A stretch of DNA of 64,000 nucleotides from a virus (lineage: Duplodnaviria; Caudoviricetes). Below are positions 47,164 to 58,800 of the stretch, in pieces. The translations under genes were made by a program, and so were the position numbers. The notes beneath the pieces were generated by a model. It did not search any database. It saw nothing but the letters and a program-made list of their open reading frames with translations, and was not told where the DNA came from. The stretch is from IMG/VR virus record IMGVR_UViG_3300044723_007969. One strand, written 5' to 3'. Positions within the stretch are counted from its first letter, which is position 1. Every line of letters begins with the position of its first letter.

Positions 47164-49278
47164 TTATGAAAGGTTAGCCAGTGTCTTGATTCTGTCCAGT
47201 TCCGTGTTTATTGCTTCTGCTTCGTCGTGTGCTTCTGCTGGAACTTCCATTTCTTCTTCTGAGAAGAACTCTTCTAGTTGTAAGCCTGCCATCTCTATGG
47301 CATCTTTCAGTGTGTATTCCTCGTCGCCTACTTTGAACTTGTCTCCGGCTTTCATGCCTGCCGCTTTGGCTTTTTGTACTGCCTGTGCGAACTGATTTCC
47401 TTCGTTTGTTTTGTCTGCGTATCTTGGATCACCTGATTTCATCTTTTGGTACGCTACTGTGTTTGCTTTTTGATCTGCTTTTGTTACATTAAGTTTTGTA
47501 GCGTTCTCTTTGTCCTTTTTTGCTAGTTCAGGATCTCTTGGATAATTTCCCATCTTAGCATATTCGGACACTTCCATCTCGCCTGCTCTTAATTTGTCAA
47601 AGTTTTTTCTTAAAAATTCTGTTGCCGCCTTCTCATCTTTTGATGCATATACTGTTTTTTCATTTCTGTCTAGAACGTTGTACATCATCTTGCCGTCATT
47701 TTCGCCCCTGCTCATTGACACGTAAGGCTTGATCCCACCTTCGTCGATCATTGAGTCAACCCAACCTTCAAATGCTTCTGTCTCTTTTGCTTTGCCTTTT
47801 AAATCTTTCTTAGGTGCGAACGCTCCTGGTTCCATCCTGACTTGATCAGTGTAGCCTGGCTCCGCCTGCATTTTCTTGTAGTCGTCGATGTATCTCTTTG
47901 CCAACTGCACTGCGATCTTCTTGTTCTTGATGTAGTCTGGACTAGGCTTGAATGCCGCTGAATTCTCTTGTTCCATCTCGTCTGCAACTCTAGAAGCAAA
48001 GTTTGCCACTCTGTCTTCTTCGCCTGATTTGGTTAATAGTCTACTTGCTATGTCTGATAATATAGAACTCAACATTGTGTTCTTGTTTGTGAATTTTGTT
48101 ACTTTCAACATTTTATCTGCAGAATCATCTTTTCTCAACACTAGTTTGTTATCTGGGTCGTTCAAGAAACTCTGTACAACAGCACCGTGATCAACTGGTG
48201 GTTCCACTGGTGCGTCAATTGGTTCTGCATCTGGCTCTAGTTCGTTCACTTGATCTTCTTCTTTATGTGCATTTTCCAATTCACTCATTATTTTGTTTAT
48301 GATTGGTAGTGCATCTTCAACTCTGCTGTCTAGGTTTGTCATTGTAAACTTCTCTCTCATTTTGTTTACAGTTTCATCGTCCAGTATTTGTTCTTCTGAT
48401 GTTTTGAAATCCTTACTTGCGTTCTCGTAGTGTGCTTGGTTAGAAAGGTTCTTCATGTAACCTCTTAGGTTCTCTAGTTTCAATTTAGTTTGCTCAATAA
48501 TATCACCTGCATTGTCGTTTAACTGATCTTTGTTGGTAACATATCTTGAGAATGAATTTAATTTTGCGATGTCCTCTGAAGTTGAAACAATGTGTTGTCC
48601 AAATTCATCATGTGGTCTTCCACCATTTGACACGTGTCTCATCATTGCTCTTGCGCCTGCTAGGTGTGTCAGTGGATACTTGAATCTTTCACCGTCTTCG
48701 TTTTCTATGTATAGTGATTGTATCTGTCTTGATCTTGCACCTGGCACAGTCTCGTCAACTTTGCCTTTGTGTCTGATTATCAATTTTGTTTTGTTTAGGT
48801 TCTCGTATGAACGTTTCGCTGTGCCTGTTAAACCTTCTTTAACTTCGACACCTGCTAATTTAGTAATTCTTGCTAGTTCTTCTGACATCTCGTCAGTATT
48901 TACCGTTTTGTTCGTATCTGCAAGATTTTCATAGTCCTGCTTCGTTAGGTTGTTTTTCGTGATATCTCTGACATCGAACCTCAATTGGTGCTCAACAGCG
49001 AAGTCTTTTAACTCCTTGAGGAATGCATACCATTCATCCTTGCTATCCTCGTCTATTTTGTTCACTAGATCCCTGTTGTAGTACACTTTCATGTTTTCAC
49101 CATCTGCTAGACTGACACTCACACTTCCAAATGTGTCTGCATCTTCCTGGAATTCAAACTCAAAGAATACAGCACCGGACGGGTCTGCCGTAGCGGCACC
49201 ATTCTCGTCACCTAAACGTATGTTGGAAAACTGCGACCTAATCTTGTTGAATAAATCTACTGAGTTTTTTGGGTTCAT
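47164..49278 (-). CDS. large acidic probable head/internal structural protein
   Basis: TAAATA late box; xxE-delimited C-terminal modules. Confidence 0.7.
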   Translation of the reverse strand: MNPKNSVDLFNKIRSQFSNIRLGDENGAATADPSGAVFFEFEFQEDADTFGSVSVSLADGENMKVYYNRDLVNKIDEDSKDEWYAFLKELKDFAVEHQLRFDVRDITKNNLTKQDYENLADTNKTVNTDEMSEELARITKLAGVEVKEGLTGTAKRSYENLNKTKLIIRHKGKVDETVPGARSRQIQSLYIENEDGERFKYPLTHLAGARAMMRHVSNGGRPHDEFGQHIVSTSEDIAKLNSFSRYVTNKDQLNDNAGDIIEQTKLKLENLRGYMKNLSNQAHYENASKDFKTSEEQILDDETVNKMREKFTMTNLDSRVEDALPIINKIMSELENAHKEEDQVNELEPDAEPIDAPVEPPVDHGAVVQSFLNDPDNKLVLRKDDSADKMLKVTKFTNKNTMLSSILSDIASRLLTKSGEEDRVANFASRVADEMEQENSAAFKPSPDYIKNKKIAVQLAKRYIDDYKKMQAEPGYTDQVRMEPGAFAPKKDLKGKAKETEAFEGWVDSMIDEGGIKPYVSMSRGENDGKMMYNVLDRNEKTVYASKDEKAATEFLRKNFDKLRAGEMEVSEYAKMGNYPRDPELAKKDKENATKLNVTKADQKANTVAYQKMKSGDPRYADKTNEGNQFAQAVQKAKAAGMKAGDKFKVGDEEYTLKDAIEMAGLQLEEFFSEEEMEVPAEAHDEAEAINTELDRIKTLANLS

Positions 49279-49290
49279 ATAGTGTATTTA

Positions 49291-50883
49291 TTAACCTGTG
49301 AACGATCCAAATATGGGCATTGGGGTTATCTCACTTGTCCTGTCAGTCCATTTTTCGAATATTTTAGGGTCAAAATCTGCTAGAACTTTCATCATACGTG
49401 TCATAAGCAAACAAGAACTTACTAGGTCGTCGTGCTGTCCTGGCTTGGCCTTATATGATAATCCTGACGCAACAAAGTCTTTGAGTTCTGATATCAATAA
49501 CTGCGAGTGGATTTTCATTTTATCATTCTCCACAAGCTCTTTGAATTTTGTACATGCATCAATTTTGTGTTTTGCAGTTGTATTGAATCCTCTCCTAAAT
49601 TTACGTCTGTGGCCTTTTCTAATTGGTTCTGATAAAAACATACCTTGTATATTTTCTTCTCCTATGTCCATAACTCTCATGAGTGCGGCTTCTCCTATGG
49701 AATTATTTTCCATTGAATAGAATATTTGTGGAGTTGCTGTTGAGTCTTTCTCCATGATTGTGTCATGTATATGTTTGTTGATACCTTGCAGTATTCTCAC
49801 TTGTTGGTTCATTGGTGTTTGATTGTGTTGCCATTCGCCCACTTGTTCGAAAGTGGGCAGTTCGAAAACCTGTATTGCGGCAAAGTCTCCACCTGTACCC
49901 ATGCTAGGATCCAGTGATACCATGTATGTGTGTCCCGGTGTTGGCCTTTTGAACCAACGCACCTGACCTGTTGTTTCCAACGGAGGAATGCCTTCCATGT
50001 CTGCAAGTACTAAACTTGATATAAGGGTCTCGTCAAAGATCAAGAATTCACACTCGTGTTCCCTTCTGAATCTTTCTTCACCTATTCTGGCCTTCTCTGC
50101 TTCCGCCCACGTTTCGTCTCTGTCTGGGTGTTCTGACCAGTGTGCTTTCATGGCATAAAAACCGTTAGTGCCTACTAGTTTGTCATTGCCATACTCATCA
50201 AATCGTTTGTTGGCCTCTTTCCAGATCAATGCGAACTGATCTTCGTCACTGTTTGGTGTTGAAGTAATCAGGCATTTACCTCCAGTTGATAGTGTTGGAG
50301 ATAGTGAAGTCCAAAATTCTTTGGCTTTTTCTGGTGGTTGCACGAACGCAAACTCATCGCAATATATTAATGTAAGTGACATACCCCTACCTGTGTTCTC
50401 TGTGGTTGTGGTTGCCATTATCTTTGATCCGTTGTCGAATTCTATCGAGTTCCTGTTGTATTGTGTAACCCCTGCCTTTATCCAACTAGGCAACATCTCG
50501 TAGGCATAACGCACCCTTGACATGATGTCAGATGCTCCTGCGTATTTGTGTGCCGCGATTAGTATCTGTGAATCTGGTCTGAACATGGCATACCATATAA
50601 GGTATCCCGAAGCACAGGTAGTTTTTCCTGTCTGCCTTGGTAACATCGATATGCTGAATCTATGATCGTTGTAGGCCTCTACTAATCTTTCTTGATATGG
50701 AAATGGTTGAAAACTCATCTCACCTTTTGTTGGATGTTGTATCTTCATGAAAGTTTTCATAAAGAACAGAGGACCAGTTTTTGTGTCCATACACTTCTCA
50801 AGTTGTTCAACTTGTTCTTTCGTGTATTTGTGTTTCTTGTGCGCCTTTTTAATTTGGTCGCTATCTAATGATACATACGCCAT
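49291..50883 (-). CDS. terminase large subunit (T4 gp17)
   Basis: PRQTGKT, YCDEFAF, TSTPN, LDPSMG, HDDLV. Confidence 0.95.
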   Translation of the reverse strand: MAYVSLDSDQIKKAHKKHKYTKEQVEQLEKCMDTKTGPLFFMKTFMKIQHPTKGEMSFQPFPYQERLVEAYNDHRFSISMLPRQTGKTTCASGYLIWYAMFRPDSQILIAAHKYAGASDIMSRVRYAYEMLPSWIKAGVTQYNRNSIEFDNGSKIMATTTTENTGRGMSLTLIYCDEFAFVQPPEKAKEFWTSLSPTLSTGGKCLITSTPNSDEDQFALIWKEANKRFDEYGNDKLVGTNGFYAMKAHWSEHPDRDETWAEAEKARIGEERFRREHECEFLIFDETLISSLVLADMEGIPPLETTGQVRWFKRPTPGHTYMVSLDPSMGTGGDFAAIQVFELPTFEQVGEWQHNQTPMNQQVRILQGINKHIHDTIMEKDSTATPQIFYSMENNSIGEAALMRVMDIGEENIQGMFLSEPIRKGHRRKFRRGFNTTAKHKIDACTKFKELVENDKMKIHSQLLISELKDFVASGLSYKAKPGQHDDLVSSCLLMTRMMKVLADFDPKIFEKWTDRTSEITPMPIFGSFTG

Positions 50884-50922
50884 AGTGTAGTATTTAACGC
50901 TGTGGTACGGGGTAGAAAAGTA

Positions 50923-51798
50923 TTACTTTGCTTCTTTATCCTTGATGGCTTTTTTCATTGGTTCTTTTTTATCGCCATCTTTGTCCATGTCCAAGAAGTC
51001 AGGTTTTGCTTCCATCTTAGCCGCTTTCTTGTAACCTTCTTTGAAAGCATTGTATTGGTCTCTTAAACTGTTTGCAAGGTCCTGCTCTGTGATCTTGTCT
51101 TCCGCCGCCATTGGGTTGTCACCACTAGCAACTTTTGGATAAGTTTTCTTCTGCCTGTTCAAACCACCTGAATGTACATTTACCAAAGTATCAGTGTCCA
51201 TTGTCTTAGGTTCGTCTTTTTCTCTGTCTCCTGGAGAATTAGCAAACGTTTCTTCCTGTTTTTCATCTTCAGGATTTTTAATAATGTCTCTCATTCTAGC
51301 CATGTCCATGGATCCTGCCGCATCGTCGTCGCTGTGATCATGTTCAGGTTCGTCTGCACCTATCATTGCTGGATCAACTTGTTGAACTCCTGCTAGTTTT
51401 AGGATCTGCATCATCATTGATGCTTCTTGTGGCGTATCTGCTGAAATTTTTATTGCTTCTTTAACAGTTTCTTTTTTGTCTTCTTTTTCTTCTTTGCCTG
51501 CTTTTTTATCTTGGTATGCTTTTAAGCCTGCTGGTATTTTTCCCTCTTTTGCTTCTTCACCTTCGTCGTCTTCCGAACCATTGATTGCATCATAGAAACC
51601 TCTTAGGCTTTCACCATGTTTAGCCAAGAATTCTTTTCTAGACATTTTTTCTGCCTCACTATGTAGGTAGTCTTTCACTCCACCTTCCGTGACTGCTTCT
51701 GGATTTGTTCTCTCAACGTTTTCCACTGCGCCTTTGACCAATTCAGGTTTGCTTTCTGCTATCTCTTTTAATCTTGTTAATACGTCAATCATTTCCAT
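50923..51798 (-). CDS. charged low-complexity probable prohead core/internal protein
   Basis: Repeated xxE|A/G motifs; DMDKDGD; late operon. Confidence 0.65.
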   Translation of the reverse strand: MEMIDVLTRLKEIAESKPELVKGAVENVERTNPEAVTEGGVKDYLHSEAEKMSRKEFLAKHGESLRGFYDAINGSEDDEGEEAKEGKIPAGLKAYQDKKAGKEEKEDKKETVKEAIKISADTPQEASMMMQILKLAGVQQVDPAMIGADEPEHDHSDDDAAGSMDMARMRDIIKNPEDEKQEETFANSPGDREKDEPKTMDTDTLVNVHSGGLNRQKKTYPKVASGDNPMAAEDKITEQDLANSLRDQYNAFKEGYKKAAKMEAKPDFLDMDKDGDKKEPMKKAIKDKEAK

Positions 51799-51801
51799 AA
51801 C

Positions 51802-52407
51802 TTATTTCCTTTTTGGGTCTGGGTGTGGGTTGGTTGATTTACTGAAAGGACTTGGTGTTCCTTTTTCCTCTATGTGGCTCTGTACGCCAGTGTCTTGTCC
51901 ACCCTTTGGATGGTCTTTGTGTTCTTCTCTGTCTTTTAATAATTCTTTTAACAATCCCATGTTTGCTTTTGTTGAATGGAATTCTTCACCTTTAACTTTT
52001 GGTGCGTCCTTGTATTCAATGTCCATCAGTTTATTAGCATACTCAGATTTTTTAGCAACCTGCATGTCATCTTGATATTGTTCTGTGGGCTCGTCTGGTT
52101 TTTTCACAACCATGTGAGATGCTGGAACTCTTAAAATGTCTGAAAGGTATTCTTTCATCACATTTGATGATGCTGGGTAATTTGTTGTCACGTCGAAGAT
52201 TGTAACCTGCTCGTTGCTTAAGGCAGGAAAATCAAGTGGCAGTGTCATGATAGGTGTTTTCTTACCTGCTGACATGTTTGCAACTTCAAACTTCGCAAGT
52301 GCTGATTCTAGTTTAGAAGCGAAATCGTCTGCTAACGTGCCTGCTACCTTTATTTTGTAGTCATACGACTTTGCTGATTCTGTTAGATAGTCTTTAAACG
52401 TGCTCAT
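51802..52407 (-). CDS. probable internal head protein
   Basis: N-terminus MSTFKDYLTE resembles T4 capsid-targeting sequence; TAAATA upstream. Confidence 0.65.
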   Translation of the reverse strand: MSTFKDYLTESAKSYDYKIKVAGTLADDFASKLESALAKFEVANMSAGKKTPIMTLPLDFPALSNEQVTIFDVTTNYPASSNVMKEYLSDILRVPASHMVVKKPDEPTEQYQDDMQVAKKSEYANKLMDIEYKDAPKVKGEEFHSTKANMGLLKELLKDREEHKDHPKGGQDTGVQSHIEEKGTPSPFSKSTNPHPDPKRK

Positions 52408-52416
52408 ATGCAATAT

Positions 52417-52941
52417 TTAGTCTTTTTTCAGTAGTTTCTTCATCAATTCGTTACGGTCAGATATGACGAATCCGTCGCTTTCCTCTATAGGACCGCCGTC
52501 TTTGTTGCCGTCCTTGTCCAGTTTCATTTTCTTCAACTGTAATTCCACCATTTTGAGTTTTTTGTCTATTTTTGAACCTTTTGCATCTATGGCATTACGT
52601 AGGAAATTACTTGCAACCTCAAATATACGTCCTGAATAACGTGAGTCAACGTTCATGCCCAAGTCCATTAAGTTTTTGTAGCTCTCTTCGGACTCTATGG
52701 CCAGTTTGTCCAACTCTAGATCAGACAGCTCTCCCAGTCCTTTTACCTGTGGCAGTGCGGCCGCAATCTTGTCAAACTCTGCGTAACTTTTTTGTAGGTT
52801 CTTTGCTGTCTCAGGATCTACATTTTTCATTACATTTTTAGTTTGATCCTTGTTGGCACGGGCCTGTTCTTTCTTATCTACCTCTTTGAACGCTTCTTTT
52901 ACGTTTGGTAAATTAAGAATATCTTCTAATTTTTTTGTCAT
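52417..52941 (-). CDS. possible terminase small subunit
   Basis: Helical, RIFEVA...RNELMK pattern as in gp16-like proteins; near gp17; tentative. Confidence 0.5.
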   Translation of the reverse strand: MTKKLEDILNLPNVKEAFKEVDKKEQARANKDQTKNVMKNVDPETAKNLQKSYAEFDKIAAALPQVKGLGELSDLELDKLAIESEESYKNLMDLGMNVDSRYSGRIFEVASNFLRNAIDAKGSKIDKKLKMVELQLKKMKLDKDGNKDGGPIEESDGFVISDRNELMKKLLKKD

Positions 52942-52949
52942 CGTCGTAT

Positions 52950-53390
52950 TTACTTACGTTTACCGTTGTGGAATAGTTGTTCTTCTGACACTACCCTAAA
53001 TCTAATTTTTCTTTGTTTTGCAAATGCATTCGCGGCCTCCCATTTAGCCATGTTTATTACAACCTGTTTTTTCTTTGCTTGGCTCTTTCCTGCGGATTCC
53101 ATGTTGGTCTGGCTCATGGGTTTTACTTCCACCATCTCTGCGTGTTTCCTACCGTTCTTGTCTTGATACACAATAAAGAAGTCTGGAACGTATACTGTGT
53201 ACTTTCCCGTGAAAGGGTGTCTGTACGGAATCTTTATACTTTCGCTCGCCCACTGGTACACATTAGGATGTTCATCACACAGTCTCATAAATGCGTGTTC
53301 CCAACTGCTTCTGTATGTAGGAGTTTTTGTTCCAACATACTTGTCGCCATTTTTTGGAGAGAACTTACCTCTTGCAAATCGGGGTAACAT
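52950..53390 (-). CDS. head completion nuclease (T4 gp4, TnsA-like)
   Basis: YRSSWE, WASE, YVPDF, EVKP, AKWEAA. Confidence 0.88.
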   Translation of the reverse strand: MLPRFARGKFSPKNGDKYVGTKTPTYRSSWEHAFMRLCDEHPNVYQWASESIKIPYRHPFTGKYTVYVPDFFIVYQDKNGRKHAEMVEVKPMSQTNMESAGKSQAKKKQVVINMAKWEAANAFAKQRKIRFRVVSEEQLFHNGKRK

Positions 53391-53767
53391 TAGTCTATGA
53401 TGTTTCTAGATACAGTTTCTTTTGTTGTAAGCGTTTGTCTGACCCCTAACCTACTAGACTTGTATCTGTTGGCATTTAATATTATGGTTATCAGTTCTGA
53501 AAGCAAAGATGGCTTTGCTTTGGTCAGTTGGTCTAATATCTCTTGTGGCTTGATGTTGTCTATCTTTGCCTGTGTAAGGATTACATATGCTGTGGACTCT
53601 GCAGACGTTCTAGTGAATCCTCTCTTGACAAAAAAAGCGACGGTGCTGTCATACTCTCCAACATTGAACTGATATTCCGACTCGTAGTTTTCAGTTGTTA
53701 ATTTATCTATTGACTTTTGTAGTCGGTCTTTATCTTTAGGTGGTAAGTTAGTATAAAAATCTGCCAT
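53390..53767 (-). CDS. hypothetical virion-module protein
   Basis: Coupled in late operon. Confidence 0.7.
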   Translation of the reverse strand: MADFYTNLPPKDKDRLQKSIDKLTTENYESEYQFNVGEYDSTVAFFVKRGFTRTSAESTAYVILTQAKIDNIKPQEILDQLTKAKPSLLSELITIILNANRYKSSRLGVRQTLTTKETVSRNIID

Positions 53768-55158
53768 TATAAAGTTGCTTTCTCTGTTGCTATCTCAACA
53801 TCTTGTCCTTGTCTTGATACTTTTATATATCCTTCTGTGACCAACTTTCTAACATCTGTTATGGACTTACTGGTGTACACATTCTTCACACTGTCTGAGG
53901 CCGCTTCATATTCTATGTTCGACTCCGCCGGTGTCAGACCTTTCCTTGAACCAATGTCCTTGAAGTATATGCCTGCCGCTATTTCATCCTTGGCCTCACT
54001 ATCGTTGGATATAAGGTTAAACACCTCATCTGGACCTAGGAAGTTTACAGTATCCAGTCCTGATCCATTTGAAAGCACCGTATTATTTTGATTAGTTTTG
54101 TTGTCACTTGTACCTTTGGCACTCGCTATAACAGTTCCAGCGGCTACTACCGCACCAACAGAAAACGCTCCTATGGGGTTGTCTATTGATCCTGCTTGTT
54201 TTCCTATTTCAAGTACTCCCTGCTTTGCTATGCCTTTCAGTTCTGCTTTGATATCTTTTTTCTTTATTTTTTTAGCATTGTTGTAGGTGTTTGATGCTGA
54301 TAGTATGGCACCTAGTACGTTACCATTTTGAACATTTCTCATTACGGATCCTATGCCGTCTATTACGCCGCCTCGGCCGAATATAGAATTTGTTCCGCCA
54401 CCCAATACTGAAAGTGGTGATGGTTCGTTGTCGTATCTCACTGTTGCAAAACCAGGAACAGTATTTTTATTGACTATTCCGGATTTGTAAATTACAGTTT
54501 CGTATAGTATCTGCATTGTGTTGGCTAAAACACCCTGCCCATCTGCTTGATCTAGATTGTCATGTGAAAAGGACCCTATCACAGGGTTGACCAAAGTCAT
54601 GGAAGTGAATCTCTGTTTGTGTAGGACAAATATCTGTATGCCTTTAAGGTACGGAGACTTTCTCGATCTTGGTGTGTCCATACCAAACTTGTTGATAGAT
54701 TTTGTATCAATACTATCGTATGCATCATCCTTGGTGTTGGATATCTGTAAGTCGCTACTCATTGATACTGAATCTGCTATCTGGTGTTCGTAGTACTTTT
54801 TCCAGAAGGCGTTGACAGTGTCTGCGTGATCGTCATGGAATGTTATGTTTACTGGTTCGTAAGCGATTCTAGTTGCATTGTACATCTTCTTGTTGTACTG
54901 AGTCTTCTCTTCGTAACTCAAATTGTACTTTGGCAGATCACATGTCTTGACCAACATGTTCAGTTCGTATCTTTCCTCTGGACTGAATGCACCCACATGT
55001 TGAGACTCATCTAGGTCAAAAACCACGTGGAACAGAAATTTCTGTTTTGGCATCAATTGATAGTTGTTATCAACATACAATCTAGATGCGTGTCTGTAGT
55101 CTTTCATTCCTGGAAGACCGTCCTGGAAACCTTTTAGGAAGTCATTTATCTTTGGCAT
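53767..55158 (-). CDS. tail-tube-like baseplate/tube initiator (gp19/gp54 paralogue)
   Basis: PKQKFLFHV, LVKTCDLP, YEPVNITFHDD. Confidence 0.72.
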   Translation of the reverse strand: MPKINDFLKGFQDGLPGMKDYRHASRLYVDNNYQLMPKQKFLFHVVFDLDESQHVGAFSPEERYELNMLVKTCDLPKYNLSYEEKTQYNKKMYNATRIAYEPVNITFHDDHADTVNAFWKKYYEHQIADSVSMSSDLQISNTKDDAYDSIDTKSINKFGMDTPRSRKSPYLKGIQIFVLHKQRFTSMTLVNPVIGSFSHDNLDQADGQGVLANTMQILYETVIYKSGIVNKNTVPGFATVRYDNEPSPLSVLGGGTNSIFGRGGVIDGIGSVMRNVQNGNVLGAILSASNTYNNAKKIKKKDIKAELKGIAKQGVLEIGKQAGSIDNPIGAFSVGAVVAAGTVIASAKGTSDNKTNQNNTVLSNGSGLDTVNFLGPDEVFNLISNDSEAKDEIAAGIYFKDIGSRKGLTPAESNIEYEAASDSVKNVYTSKSITDVRKLVTEGYIKVSRQGQDVEIATEKATL

Positions 55159-55176
55159 ACTGTTATTTATAGTCAC

Positions 55177-55204
55177 AAAAAAAGCGCCTATAAAGACGCT
55201 TTTT
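55177..55204 (-). terminator. intrinsic terminator after tail tube gene
   Basis: AAAAAAGCGCC-TATAAA-GACGCTTTTT hairpin flanked by A/T runs. Confidence 0.65.
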
Positions 55205-55233
55205 ATGTATAATTGTTAACTTAATTTTGTGTA

Positions 55234-55860
55234 TTACTGTCCACCACCAGTACTTAAAGTACCGATCGTTCTTGCAACTGCTGTTCCAATACCTGTTCCT
55301 TGTGGAGTTTGGATACAGTTGTCATATCTAATTGACATCGTGATCGTAGCCGGTTCTGAAGTTTGGTATGCTAGTGAGTTGTAGTTCACGTTCTCAACAT
55401 ATGCACCGTATAGTTCAAATGTTTCTAACACATTTGGTGCACTCGCTCCGTTACCACCGTCTAGCATTTCAATCCTAGTTGTGAATTTGTAATCAATACC
55501 TGATGCCGCACTTGCTTGTTCAAAGAAGTCGAACTGTTTCTGGATCTGTTCACCAACCAGTTTAGTAACTGAGTTGTTGACATCATCTCTCAAAGTGATC
55601 GTGATCGGTTCCCAAGTGTGTTTACCAGCAGTGTAAACTTTTGAGTTGTACACATCTAGTGTTACTGTGTCAAAAGTTAGATTTGGTCTTGTTATGTCCG
55701 CCACTTGTTTTGTAAGTTCTGATCTCGGTGTTGATACTCCAAAATTCTCCAGGATCGCTCTAAAACGATATTGCAGTTTCGGCATCAACAAGCCTTGTGA
55801 TGCACTACTCTGGTCGTTTGCTAAAGGTACTGTAAATTTTGATAATGTTGATATTGCCAT
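55234..55860 (-). CDS. tail tube protein (T4 gp19)
   Basis: PKLQYRFR, AGKHTWEPITITLRDD, IRYD; follows sheath. Confidence 0.88.
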   Translation of the reverse strand: MAISTLSKFTVPLANDQSSASQGLLMPKLQYRFRAILENFGVSTPRSELTKQVADITRPNLTFDTVTLDVYNSKVYTAGKHTWEPITITLRDDVNNSVTKLVGEQIQKQFDFFEQASAASGIDYKFTTRIEMLDGGNGASAPNVLETFELYGAYVENVNYNSLAYQTSEPATITMSIRYDNCIQTPQGTGIGTAVARTIGTLSTGGGQ

Positions 55861-55883
55861 GTGTTTCTCCTATTTATCGAAAA

Positions 55884-58800
55884 TTAGTTCCCTAATTTTG
55901 CAATTTCTCCTGTGTTTTTGATTCTTAATGGTATGTAAATGAACTCAACTGATTTGATTGGTTCAATTGCTATATCCACATACAATTCGTTTCTGTCAAT
56001 CCTTGTAGGTGTGTTGTTTGTGTCATCACATACTACTAGGAAATCATATAACGCTCTTTGTCCAACAAGTTCTAACATGAAAGACTCGATCGCACCCTTG
56101 ATCTCATTCCTTGTTAGTTCATCATTTGGTTCAAATATGAACGGTTTAGCAATGGCATCCAGTTGTGATCTTAGATACACTGCTAGTCTAGAAACGTTTA
56201 TTCTGTCTAACGCCGAACTTGCTGATGTCTTAGTTAAGTTACCGAAGTTAACAATACCTGCTCCTGAGAAGAACGTGATTGGGTTTACTTTAACTTCATG
56301 CATAGAATCTCTCACTGACTCCGTAACAGATATTGTCTGGAACTCTCCTGACGCTGTGTCAATGTAACCAACTGCTGTTGCGTTGTCAACGATACCTCTT
56401 CTTGTTCCTGATGGTGCGAACCATGGGAAAGCGATGTTATCATTGTTTGCCAGTGTTCTCATCATCATGTGTGATGGTGGAACGACAATCGTTTTACCTG
56501 TGTTGTCAGTTGTTGATCCTGATGGATAAAACACACCCAAGTAATCACTTGCACTTACAAGTCCGTCTTCACCGTTGTCCAGTGCCGCCGCCGAGTTGTT
56601 AGCCCAATCCTGTATCTTAGTTGATGTGCCCTCTAATCTCATTGGGGTGTCACCTACTATAAATGCAGTGTTGTTTCTGTCTGTGTTTAAGTTAATCATG
56701 TTTGAAATCAACTCTGGATAACCAGGTGTGGCAATAACATTGTAGCCTCTTTGGTCTTCTCTGATTGCTTGGTTGGTGTCGATCTCTGATTTCAGTTGTT
56801 CAACAATCACTTTTCTCTGTGCTTTTCTACCGAATGTACCGGACCCGTCAGCGTTGTTGCTTGATTTAGTCACCCATCTGTCTGGGAAGTATGTAGCAAC
56901 AGATTCATTGTTTGATGTTCTGATGTTACCTAAGCCTGCTGATCCTGAACCAGGATATTTCGTAGTTGTGATGTAGTTGTTTTTGTATTCTTTAACATTG
57001 TAACCAGATCTTCTTGTGTTCCAAAGCATTATACCTTGTGGGTATAGGTCTGGGTTAGGAGCATCTGGGTCTAGGAAGCCATCGCTCAATAAACTTTTAA
57101 TTGTGCTGAATGTTCCTGCACCGCCTGTTGACAATGAATCTGCCTTGTCGGCCGCTGTGTGTAATCTAGCATCAGCAAAAACAATACCGTCTTCTGTTGT
57201 TTGGTCTGATTTGTCAACTAGTTCCCACGCCGCGCCTGTCGTAGTTACTGCTACTTGGTTCGCTGTGTTTGTAGAACTCAAAGTTGCTGATGTGTTATAT
57301 TTGTAAAGTTTTGGATAGTTTTCTAAGTCACTAGTGTCAATCCATAAGTCGTTAGTTACAAGTGCAGTACCATCTGACTGTGTAGTCGGTGCTGTTGCAC
57401 TGAATTGTGGACCTTCTGGATCTGTGCTTGAGTATGCTGTTGCGTATCCAACCCAAGTTGTACCATTGTGTGCCATGATGTCTGCTTCGTCTGTAGAAGT
57501 GTCATACCATAATGTTCCATCTGCTGGCTCATTAGTTGGTGCACTTGTTGAAGCAGTGTAACTTAATCTTTTCCAGTTACTTGCTATGATACCTGTGTTA
57601 GCACTTGAGTCAATGCTGTCACCTGTTGGTATGTCATACAAGTTGTCAAGTAATGTTGCACTGTTGTTTGTGAATGTTCCATAAGCGTGAGCAGTTGTTT
57701 GACTGAATCCTGCATCTGCTAATGGTGTTCCTGATGTGTCAACCATCCTGAATTCACCACCTAGTTTGTGTGTCATAACAATCGCACCTGCAGTTGTCTT
57801 ACTTGCTGAAACGTTTGTTAATGCCGCACCGTTCACTGCCGCAATAAAGGCATCAGCATCAGTACCACCTAGCGTTACTGTTACTGCTGTACTCAATGCT
57901 TCTTGGTTCTTCACTGATTCCTGTATTGAGAAAGTTTCTGAACTTGTGAAAGTTGGGGAAGTAACGTTACTAGTAATTGTAGTAGCACCACCTTCATATC
58001 TGAACAGTTGGAAGTCACCAACGTTTGGAGTAGCATCTGTGGCATCTGCCGCTGTCATTGACTCTTCAGTTATGTTGTATTGTGCGTATATTGTTCCAAC
58101 TGTTAAACTTGAACCACCGTTTGCCGCATCTAGGTTGAAAATCGCTGATGTATGGTTGGCGTATAATGGACTAGCAACTGTTGAGAAACTAGCGTTTGAT
58201 GAACTGTAAATCTTAGTAACAAGACTTGCTCCTGAGTTTGCAGAAGTTGTCTTGAACCAAACTGAACCGTTAGGTCTGTTCTCGTCTGCAGTCTTCCAAG
58301 TTGGTCTGTTTGTGTGTTTGTCCTGTAAGAATTGAACACCGTTTAACACAGTGTTTGAAGTTATTCCTAAGTCCGCTACTAATGTTCCATTTCCTTCTTC
58401 AAATCTTATTGTGTTAGTACCACCTGTTGAGTCGCCTAGTGCCTTACCGTTGTGGAAGATTTCTAAGTTACCTGTTGTAGCATTTACACTTGCAGTAACG
58501 TTGGTTACATTTGAACCAATCGCCGCCGCAACGTTTGCCAGTGTTGTACCACTTGTTGTCACGGTAGTACCGTTGATATCCATTGTGTGGCCACTTGTCA
58601 CTGTTGTTCCTGAAGCAACCGTCACCACTGGGAGTGATGTGTTCCATGCTTCTGATCCAACCTGTACCCAAGTGTTACTTGCAGTTTTTTTGTAGATCTT
58701 GTTTGAAACGTGTGTTGTGTTGATTGCGTAATCACCAATTACACCGATTGAAGTTTTTGGTGCACCAGTTGAGACACCGCCAACTAGGTCACTTGTTGAA

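Noticed and set aside
49291-50883. Intein or intron in terminase (also checked helicases and uvsX)
   Set aside because: Lengths are normal, motifs are contiguous, and no C...HN intein ends were seen
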